The notes beneath the pieces were generated by a model that saw only the letters and a program-made list of their open reading frames with translations, searched no databases and was not told where the DNA came from. This document shows, piece by piece, positions 28,221-35,713 of a DNA stretch of 64,000 nt. Position numbers and translations under genes: made by a program. Positions within the stretch are counted from its first letter, which is position 1. Each line of letters begins with the position of its first letter. Source of the stretch: a bacterium (GTDB taxonomy: Bacteria; Patescibacteriota; Gracilibacteria; UBA1369; GCA-2718715); NCBI GenBank assembly GCA_018662325.1, contig JABJGM010000002.1:8996-72995 (forward strand), in the 5' to 3' direction.

Positions 28221-29180
28221 ATGCAAAAAAAAGGTTTTACTCTTATTGAAGTTTTAATTAGTGCTAGTATATTTTCAGTTATATTTTTAATTGGGACGCA
28301 AAGTTATATTTCTGCTGTAAAACAATCATTTTTTAGTACTTCTAACCAAGTCTTTGACAATCAGATTCAAATTTTTATCAACCGTTTAGACAACTTAATC
28401 GAAGGAAATACTATAAATCTGAATGAGTATTTTGTGCAATGTCATATGGCCGGTGATTGTCCTTTTTATGGAGACATTCTTAATCCGGAAGATAATACAA
28501 TGAATTTTGGTGAAAACGAGGGTCTTTATTATCATCAGTTTTTTGATTTAGGAACAAATACTGACGGAGGTCAAGATGGCTATTCTTATGATTGTACAGA
28601 TCGTGATTGTATCCTTGGAATTATTGAATCTTCAAAGGATGTTTTTCAAGGATCTTTTGGAGGAGAAGATGGTACTAATGCAATTTGCAATTCAGATGAA
28701 GTTGGATTTAGAATCCAAGAAAAATCGATCGTCGCGTTTGTAGATAGACTTTCTACTGCAAATTGCGAAAATAAAGAGATGGAATTTTCGGTTTTATTTT
28801 TAAAATCCAAAACAGATCAAGATCAGTTAATAATTGGTAACTCTGGTGGTAATTTAGTTTATCAAAAACTTAAGAATAAAAATAATGAATTTCTTGCAAA
28901 TGGTTTGCCTACTTACTTCGCTTCCTATGATGAAGAGGTTAATTATCAAACGCTAGCTGGTTCTGAAAATCATTTAAACTTTAAGAATTTAAAAATTGTA
29001 AACTTTAAAGTCAAAATTGCTCCACTTGAAAATCCAGAGTTTGCAATTGCTGAAAATAACAATGATAACTTAAGGGCTCCAAAGTTGGAAGTGAGTTTTA
29101 CTATAAGTCAAAAAGAAAGTTCCTCTCTTTTTAAACTCTTTGATAAAGAAGTTAAGATTCATAAAATTTACAACCTTTAG
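28221..29180 (+). CDS. Large prepilin-type pseudopilin-like protein (319 aa)
   Basis: MQKKG/FTLIEVLISASIFSVIFLIG. It starts 1 nt after the previous stop. The Cys-containing globular part is of unknown fold. Confidence 0.65.
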   Translation: MQKKGFTLIEVLISASIFSVIFLIGTQSYISAVKQSFFSTSNQVFDNQIQIFINRLDNLIEGNTINLNEYFVQCHMAGDCPFYGDILNPEDNTMNFGENEGLYYHQFFDLGTNTDGGQDGYSYDCTDRDCILGIIESSKDVFQGSFGGEDGTNAICNSDEVGFRIQEKSIVAFVDRLSTANCENKEMEFSVLFLKSKTDQDQLIIGNSGGNLVYQKLKNKNNEFLANGLPTYFASYDEEVNYQTLAGSENHLNFKNLKIVNFKVKIAPLENPEFAIAENNNDNLRAPKLEVSFTISQKESSSLFKLFDKEVKIHKIYNL

Positions 29181-29320
29181 GTTATAGGGGTTGTTGCGTG
29201 TACTGACTTAACTTGAATGCTAGATGCAGATTTTCCTAAAGTTTCGCTATAAACAAAAAAACTAATACTTAAAAGTAGGAATACACTTGCAATAAAAAGA
29301 ACTAATTTTTGGTTTTTCAT
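29177..29320 (-). CDS. Possible 47-aa signal-peptide mini-protein
   Basis: My own translation of the minus strand gives MKNQKLVLFIASVFLLLSISFFVYSETLGKSASSIQVKSVHATTPIT*. It is below the ORF-track cutoff. Its stop overlaps the stop of the convergent pseudopilin gene. Confidence 0.25.
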   Translation of the reverse strand: MKNQKLVLFIASVFLLLSISFFVYSETLGKSASSIQVKSVHATTPIT

Positions 29321-29375
29321 ATAACTTTATTAATTACTTAATTATACCTTAAATAAAAGAAAAAGTAAAATTTGA

Positions 29376-31022
29376 CTACTCAAATCTTTTGAAAGCTTGT
29401 AAATATTTTTTTGAATGTTGAAAATCTTGAATTAGGTTTATATCTAAATGCTTTTTTAAATTATAAAATGCAATACTAGCCTTTGTGAAATCTTTTTTGT
29501 AATAATAATAATTGGCAAGCAACAAATGATTCTTAAAATCATTTGGATTTTGATTGATAAGACTTTGAATTTCTACCTCAATATCATCCCCTCTTAAAGC
29601 TTTGCTTTTTAAGAATGCTCTTTTAATTACAAAGTTTTGAGATGAAAAAGTATTTTTATTTTTTATGTAAAATTCATCCAAGTTATCTTCTTTAATATAG
29701 TTTAAAACTTCTAAATTTGCTTTTAAGTTTGTTGGATTGAAAAACAATGTGCTTTCTAAAGAACTTAATTCATCTGTATTTTGAAATTTCTTAAACTGTA
29801 AATGCCCATAGAAACTACTTGTGAAAAAAATCGTTATTATTGATGTAAGTAAAATGAAATTTATTTTAGCCCTAGAACTAATGGGTTCGAATTTATAGTT
29901 GAAAATAATAGCAAAAATCAAAGTAATTAAAATTAAACTAGGAACCGAAAAAAAACTAAATAATGAAATAATTAGGACTGGCAATATTAGTAATAACTTA
30001 ATAGGTTCTTTTTGCATTAGTCTTATAAGTAAGCTAAAAACAAAACCAAGGAAAACTAAAGATGGAAGCCCTCCTATTATTAAAAAATCCATTATGACAT
30101 TATGTGACTTATCAAAAATTACATCTAAATTTTGCTCTACAATATAATGTGTAGAGTTAATAACTTTGGGAAAGTAACTTTCTAGTCCATAAAAATTTAA
30201 ACCTAAAAGATTATCTAAAAATAAACTAAAGCTTGATTTTAAAATTTCAATTCTAGATTCAAAAGATCTACCAAGGTGAAAAAACTCTTGAAAACTAAAC
30301 ATCGCAAATAATGGTAAAACTAATACTGTAGCTTTTTGAATGTAATCTTTAAAATTTATTTTTTTATAGAAGTAGAGTAAAAAAACAGCAATTGTTGCCA
30401 ATATTGCAACTTTTGAACGAGTTAGGAGTAGAGCTAAAATCGGAAAAACAAAAATTAATTTATGATTTTTAGAATTTTTTAACTTATTGTATAAACCCAA
30501 ACCTAAACTAAGAGACAAATACTGTCCAAAGAAGTTTGGAAGTAAAAAACTAGAAAAGATCTTTCCATCAAAAAAATGAATTTTGTCTATAAATCCATAT
30601 ATATCAGGAAATAATAATTGGAGCATTCCTATAACAGATAATATATTTGCAACAATTAAATTTACACATATCACTCTATTAAATCGCTTTTGAGAGAATG
30701 ATTGAAAAAATAAAAAAAGAAAAAACAGTAAAACATAAAGAAAAATTCCATAATGACGAGTATTTGAACCAATAAAATTAATAAAAGAATAATCAGTAAA
30801 AATAATACTATGAATTGAAATGTATACAATATATGATAAAAAAACTTTGGAAATTGGTGATTTTAAATTACAAATTTCAGTTTTGGAAAAATAAATTACA
30901 AGTAAATATATAGATAATACAAGAATACTTAAAAGACTATTTGAATTATTCAAAGTGGGAATAAAAACAAAGGGTAAAAACAGAAAGAAATTTCGTTTGA
31001 ATATTAAAAATATATTTTTCAT
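29376..31022 (-). CDS. Wzy_C / O-antigen-ligase-like polytopic membrane protein with a C-terminal TPR-like region
   Basis: More than 10 TM segments. ...LLLTRSKVAILATIAV... and ...DKSHNVIMDFLIIGGLPSL... match the (S/T)R and HN-x(6-7)-GG pattern of Wzy_C proteins. The C-terminus ...NPNDFKNHLLLANYYYYKKDFTKASIAFYNL... is TPR-like. Confidence 0.6.
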   Translation of the reverse strand: MKNIFLIFKRNFFLFLPFVFIPTLNNSNSLLSILVLSIYLLVIYFSKTEICNLKSPISKVFLSYIVYISIHSIIFTDYSFINFIGSNTRHYGIFLYVLLFFLFLFFQSFSQKRFNRVICVNLIVANILSVIGMLQLLFPDIYGFIDKIHFFDGKIFSSFLLPNFFGQYLSLSLGLGLYNKLKNSKNHKLIFVFPILALLLTRSKVAILATIAVFLLYFYKKINFKDYIQKATVLVLPLFAMFSFQEFFHLGRSFESRIEILKSSFSLFLDNLLGLNFYGLESYFPKVINSTHYIVEQNLDVIFDKSHNVIMDFLIIGGLPSLVFLGFVFSLLIRLMQKEPIKLLLILPVLIISLFSFFSVPSLILITLIFAIIFNYKFEPISSRAKINFILLTSIITIFFTSSFYGHLQFKKFQNTDELSSLESTLFFNPTNLKANLEVLNYIKEDNLDEFYIKNKNTFSSQNFVIKRAFLKSKALRGDDIEVEIQSLINQNPNDFKNHLLLANYYYYKKDFTKASIAFYNLKKHLDINLIQDFQHSKKYLQAFKRFE

Positions 31023-31068
31023 TTTTATAATTAAAAAAAGGTAGAGTCTCTTAGATCATTCAATTGTT

Positions 31069-31077
31069 ATTATATCA
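31069..31077 (-). promoter_or_regulatory. Possible extended -10 promoter element (TGATATAAT) for the Wzy_C-like gene
   Basis: The minus strand reads TGATATAAT about 47 nt upstream of the ATG at 31022. No good -35 box is seen. Confidence 0.3.
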
Positions 31078-31320
31078 AAGGAATGCGACTCTGAGAAAAT
31101 CTACCTATTAGCAGTTACCAGCTACAAAACTTATTGCCTTACTTTGGTTAGTTTTAAGTCTTACCTAGCTAACGAGTTAGCGTTGAACGGACCGCCTGTT
31201 TTTATGTAGAACTATGACTTTAAAGCAATTTGGCTATAAAGTGATAGTAACCACCAGACTAAGATTTCTTCGGATAAAAGTGGTAAATGTTTATCCCATC
31301 ATAAAGCAAAAAAAGATCTC
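31078..31320. ncRNA. Candidate structured non-coding RNA or leader, class and strand undetermined
   Basis: It lies in the longest non-coding gap of the window (31023-31507) and is visibly richer in G/C than the flanks. All six frames carry stops. Local hairpins include GCTAA-CGAG-TTAGC (about 31168-31181) and GGATAAA-N11-TTTATCC (about 31272-31296). Confidence 0.25.
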
Positions 31321-31507
31321 TAAACTTTTAAGTTTATTTAGAAAGCTATTTTCGCTTTTGAATTTCTATCTTTCAAAGATCATACTATAGTAACAAGTAA
31401 ATGTGAGTTATGCAAACTTATACTGTTGCGATAAAACTAATTTATGTTAATTGATTTTTTTTATAAATTGATCTAATATAAGAAAAATTATATTAATTGT
31501 TTATTGT

Positions 31508-32896
31508 ATGGGGAAAACAAGCATTACAAACACACTTAAAAACTTACGCTATCACATCAAAACTTACGGCTGTCAGATGAATTTTTCCGATTCAGAAAGG
31601 CTTTCAGGTTTACTTGAGAGCTATGGATACAAAAACACCGAGGATATTAAAAATGCTTCTTTAGTTATATTTAATACCTGTTCTATAAAACAAAAGGCTG
31701 AAGATAAAGTTCTTGGAAGTATGAAAATAGTGGCTAAATTAAAAAAAGATAATCCAGATCTTCTTATTGGAATCACAGGTTGCATGACTAGAGTTCCAAG
31801 TACTAAGAACTCTGAGGATAAGGACAAATTATTTAAACTACTAAAAGATTTAGATGTTTGTTTTCCAATAAAAGATCTTACTAAGCTTCCCTCTTTGTTG
31901 AAAGATATAAAACCAGAACTAGCTGAATTTGAAACTCAAGAGGCTGATTTAAATAACTATTTTAAAATACAACCAAAATATAAGACCAGTTTCCAAGCTT
32001 ATATTCCTATTATGACGGGATGTGACAAATTTTGTACTTACTGTATTGTTCCCTACTCTCGTGGAAGAGAAGTTTCTAGACCAATTTTAGATATTATAAA
32101 TGAAGCAAAAAAACTAGTGAGTGAAGGCTGTATTGAATTAACTTTACTAGGTCAAAACGTGAATTCGTACGGTTTGAGCTGGACTGATCAAAAATCAGGC
32201 AATTTTAGCTATGAAGAAAACCCTTTTGTTCAGCTTTTAAAGGCGGTTGATGAAATCGAGGGTCTTCAAAGGCTTCGATTTACATCTCCTCATCCACAAG
32301 ATATGAAGCACGATGTGGTAGACTTTATAGCTGAAAGCAAAACTATAATGCCTTGCCTACACATGCCATTACAATCTGGATCTGATTATATTTTAAAAAA
32401 AATGAATCGTAATTATAACTCACAACAATTCAAAGAAAGTATTGAGTATATAAGAAAAAAAATACCAGGATGCTCAATTACAACCGATATGATTGTGGGT
32501 TTTTGTGGTGAAACGGATGAATACTTTCAAGAAAGTAAAGCTTTTTTTAGAGAGATGTGTTTTGATTTAGCTTTTATTTCTCAATATTCTACTAGAAAAG
32601 GAACTGTTGCGGGTATGCTGAAAAAAGATGATGTTCCAAAAGAGGTTAAGTCAAAAAGATGGCATGAAATGAATGATTTGTTAAGAGAAACTTCTTTTAT
32701 AAATAATAAAAAATTTAAAGATAAAACTGTAAAAGTTTTAGTTGAAAAGTTTTCTGAAAGAAGTCAAAAGCTTCATGGTAGATCGGAACACTTTAAAGAA
32801 GTAGTATTTAAGGGACCACAAGATCTAATCGGAAAAATAGTAGAAGTGAAGATCGATAATGTTTTAGAGTGGTTGCTTGAAGGGTCTCTAGTTTAG
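31508..32896 (+). CDS. miaB: tRNA-2-methylthio-N6-dimethylallyladenosine synthase (radical-SAM methylthiotransferase MiaB)
   Basis: UPF0004 N-terminal domain ...YHIKTYGCQMNFSDSERLSG..., radical-SAM CDKFCTYCIVP (CxxxCxxC) and a C-terminal TRAM-like domain ...GKIVEVKIDNV... Confidence 0.9.
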   Translation: MGKTSITNTLKNLRYHIKTYGCQMNFSDSERLSGLLESYGYKNTEDIKNASLVIFNTCSIKQKAEDKVLGSMKIVAKLKKDNPDLLIGITGCMTRVPSTKNSEDKDKLFKLLKDLDVCFPIKDLTKLPSLLKDIKPELAEFETQEADLNNYFKIQPKYKTSFQAYIPIMTGCDKFCTYCIVPYSRGREVSRPILDIINEAKKLVSEGCIELTLLGQNVNSYGLSWTDQKSGNFSYEENPFVQLLKAVDEIEGLQRLRFTSPHPQDMKHDVVDFIAESKTIMPCLHMPLQSGSDYILKKMNRNYNSQQFKESIEYIRKKIPGCSITTDMIVGFCGETDEYFQESKAFFREMCFDLAFISQYSTRKGTVAGMLKKDDVPKEVKSKRWHEMNDLLRETSFINNKKFKDKTVKVLVEKFSERSQKLHGRSEHFKEVVFKGPQDLIGKIVEVKIDNVLEWLLEGSLV

Positions 32897-32897
32897 A

Positions 32898-34532
32898 CTA
32901 TTTATTTATGACAATAAACTCTGAGTCAAATGGAATTTCATAAGTATTTTCTTTGATTTGTGTATATTCAAAAAGTGGTGAGAATAAAGTTTTATCCTTA
33001 GGTAGAACTACAATCAGTTGAACATCTTCAAAATGCTTGTAGCCAATCACTTCAACTTGTTCATTGAAATCAAATTGTTTCTTTTGAGGAAAATAAGTAT
33101 ATTCTAGATTTGAGCTTTCTTGAAATGGTATTAAATTTTCTTCTAATAAAATATATTCGGCTTTGGTTGTATTGTCAGCATTTAAATCTGGAAGGTATAT
33201 TCTATAAAAATTTTGAATATTTTTTTTCAATCCTGAAAATAAATCATGTTTATTTTTCAAACCTAGTTGCTTGAAAATTGACTCAAGGTAAATTTGATTT
33301 TCATTTGAATAAGGGTGGGAGGATGATATTTTGATAGATTTTTTAACTTTCTTGTTACTATGATCGATTATCATTTGTAATTTTGATTTTTGGGAAAAGA
33401 AAGATTTGTATCCATTTACATTGGCTTTTGAAACTGTAGTTATATTTGGATTCGTACTATGATAGAAGTTATATTCTTTTAAAAGCTTATCTAAATTAGG
33501 ATCTTTTGAAGTAATTTGAAGATCACGTGTATCAAAAGACTTCCTTAAAAAATTGGGAGATTTTAAAACCTGATTCATTAAAATTGAAATATGATCATTA
33601 ATATTTTCCTTTAATTTTAATTTATTTAAATACGTATATTGATACTTTAACTCAATAGGCTCTACTATCATTTCGTTGAGAAAACTTAGGTTAACTCCTG
33701 CTATATAATCATAACTTTTAGAAATAGCACTTTGTATTTGTTTATCAACTAAAAGAGCACTTTTATTGAAGTCAGGATCAAAATTAGAGTCTCTTATGAA
33801 GAGTTTACTATTAATGTCTTTAAATTCTAATGGAGAATCGATTTCTGGTACTAATTGACCGTCAAAATCATAAACATCCTTAATATCTAGTTTTTGTACT
33901 TCACCTTTAAAGATCTCAATATCTAAAAGCGCACTAATAAAACCTCCTGTTGCTCTAGATTCATAATCATTTTGCAACAGAACTAAAATATTATTTTTTC
34001 TATTTATTCCAATTAAAGATTGAATTAATTTTAAATGGTCTTCTATATTATAAATTTTAGAATTCAATTTATCTAAAGTTTCAGATAGTTTAGAGTTAAT
34101 TAAATAGTTTTCTTGAAATCTATATTTAGGGTTTAGAATTAACTTTTGTATTTCTTTAATATTTTTATTGAAATTTTGAATATCATTAGAAAATTCTGAT
34201 AAAAAAGATATATAAATTGGATTAATCTTAAGAATGCTTTGCGTTTGTAAGACTAATTTGTTTTTAGTTGTAAAAACAAGAAAGTTTTCCCAATTATTTA
34301 AGATCTGACTTAAATCATCCTTTATTTTAAATTGATAATCATTGAAAACTGGATGGATAAAACTTGCCTTTTGCAATAAATCATCAATGTTTGTTTGAAT
34401 CTGTTTGAAATCACCGGATATCAAGTCTTCTTTAAGAGTGTTGCTTTGTAACAGAACAGCATTATTTTTGAATAAACTAAAAAGAATTAAAATAGTTATT
34501 GGTAAAAAAAATTTAAAGATGTATTTATTCAT
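32898..34532 (-). CDS. DUF4012-like membrane-anchored protein
   Basis: N-terminal TM helix. ...LVLLQNDYESRATGGFISAL... matches my recollection of the DUF4012 E-x-R-x-T-G-G-F signature. Confidence 0.55.
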   Translation of the reverse strand: MNKYIFKFFLPITILILFSLFKNNAVLLQSNTLKEDLISGDFKQIQTNIDDLLQKASFIHPVFNDYQFKIKDDLSQILNNWENFLVFTTKNKLVLQTQSILKINPIYISFLSEFSNDIQNFNKNIKEIQKLILNPKYRFQENYLINSKLSETLDKLNSKIYNIEDHLKLIQSLIGINRKNNILVLLQNDYESRATGGFISALLDIEIFKGEVQKLDIKDVYDFDGQLVPEIDSPLEFKDINSKLFIRDSNFDPDFNKSALLVDKQIQSAISKSYDYIAGVNLSFLNEMIVEPIELKYQYTYLNKLKLKENINDHISILMNQVLKSPNFLRKSFDTRDLQITSKDPNLDKLLKEYNFYHSTNPNITTVSKANVNGYKSFFSQKSKLQMIIDHSNKKVKKSIKISSSHPYSNENQIYLESIFKQLGLKNKHDLFSGLKKNIQNFYRIYLPDLNADNTTKAEYILLEENLIPFQESSNLEYTYFPQKKQFDFNEQVEVIGYKHFEDVQLIVVLPKDKTLFSPLFEYTQIKENTYEIPFDSEFIVINK

Positions 34533-35589
34533 AGAAAACAGTAATAGAGTTTAAGGAGTCATTTAAGAAATTGAAGTAACTTTGTGTTTTAAAACTTGGG
34601 AAGACATATTGTAGAAATAAATCAGAAATTTTTAGTAAATCATCGTCATAAAATGCTTTACTAACCTGTATACTATCTTCATTAAACAGCTTGGATAAAT
34701 CTAATTTGTAATAATTTGCAATTGAATTATCTGGAAGTTTTTTGCTGATATTATTTAATTCAGCTTTTTCTTTTAATGTGAAAATTTTATTATTATTACA
34801 AACTTGAATAGTCTTATCAAAGTTAACTTGAATTCCTTCATTGAAATTATCGATAAATTTTAAACTTTTAAAATTGGATCTATCAAAAAACAACATCGGT
34901 TCTTTAATACTGAGGAAATTTAAATTTGGATTCAAGCAACTAAGATCCTTTGAATCCAAATTGTATTTCAACCCCTCCAAGGATTTTAAATTATGTTCAG
35001 CATAAGAATTTAAAATTAATCGTCCATTGAATTTATTAAAGGCACCTACTAAATCTGTTTTAATTGGTAGGAAATTAAATTTTTCATTTATAAAATTTTG
35101 TGAGATGAAAACATAACCAATTTTAGATTTTGCAATGTTTACAGTTAAGTCTTCGAAACTACTTGTTTTATCAAAGCTTAGTTCACAGCTTGGATCTGTA
35201 AGATAAAGATTATTATTAAAATCAATGAGCTTATGACTAGAGGACACTAAGATTTGACTTGGTTTTAAATTGGGAAATATTGTAACAAATGAATTTTGTT
35301 TATTTAAACAAGTTACGTTAGCAAATATATTTTCTTGAATATCTTTTTCTGTTTTAAAGTTTTGCTTAGAATTAAATCGATGGAAATTAGTTAAATGGTA
35401 TTTCACTTTTAAGTCTGGAAACCTTAAAACCTCTTTTTTGTTTAATGAAATTGCATAATTGGTATTTGAAGGTAAAAGCCCAAAATTACTTTCAAAATTA
35501 AAATATTTAAAATAAAAAAATTGTCCTGTTTTCAGGATCAAAAGCAAAGCTAAACAAGTGGAGATAACAATTCTAAAAAATAGTCTCAT
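34525..35589 (-). CDS. Hypothetical membrane-anchored protein
   Basis: 354-aa ORF with an N-terminal hydrophobic helix (ISTCLALLLILKTG). It overlaps the DUF4012 gene start by 8 nt, so the two are probably one operon. Confidence 0.5.
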   Translation of the reverse strand: MRLFFRIVISTCLALLLILKTGQFFYFKYFNFESNFGLLPSNTNYAISLNKKEVLRFPDLKVKYHLTNFHRFNSKQNFKTEKDIQENIFANVTCLNKQNSFVTIFPNLKPSQILVSSSHKLIDFNNNLYLTDPSCELSFDKTSSFEDLTVNIAKSKIGYVFISQNFINEKFNFLPIKTDLVGAFNKFNGRLILNSYAEHNLKSLEGLKYNLDSKDLSCLNPNLNFLSIKEPMLFFDRSNFKSLKFIDNFNEGIQVNFDKTIQVCNNNKIFTLKEKAELNNISKKLPDNSIANYYKLDLSKLFNEDSIQVSKAFYDDDLLKISDLFLQYVFPSFKTQSYFNFLNDSLNSITVFYE

Positions 35590-35713
35590 AAGTTTTTTTT
35601 ACATTATAAATTTTATTTATCTTAGTTGCAATTAAAGATTCTCTAAAAGTGTTTTTTGCTTTACAGGAAAGATAAAATGGCTCTATAATTATTGCAAATT
35701 AATCAACTTTAAA

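Noticed and set aside
31078-31320. Attempted assignment of the structured segment to tmRNA, SRP RNA, RNase P RNA, 5S rRNA or a TPP riboswitch (there is a CTGAGA...ACCT stretch at about 31090-31106).
   Set aside because: The diagnostic elements are all missing. There is no GGGG...T-arm...CCACCA ends with an Ala-ending tag, no GGAA-capped helix 8 with AGCAG, no GGAAAGTCC P4, and no ACCUGAUCUGG...CCAGCG pairing.
31214-31390. 58-aa plus-strand ORF (MTLKQFGYKVIVTTRLRFLRIKVV...) inside the long intergenic region.
   Set aside because: It has no ribosome-binding context, a basic and hydrophobic composition typical of random AT-rich ORFs, and nothing to support it. It is kept only as a caveat to the ncRNA idea.
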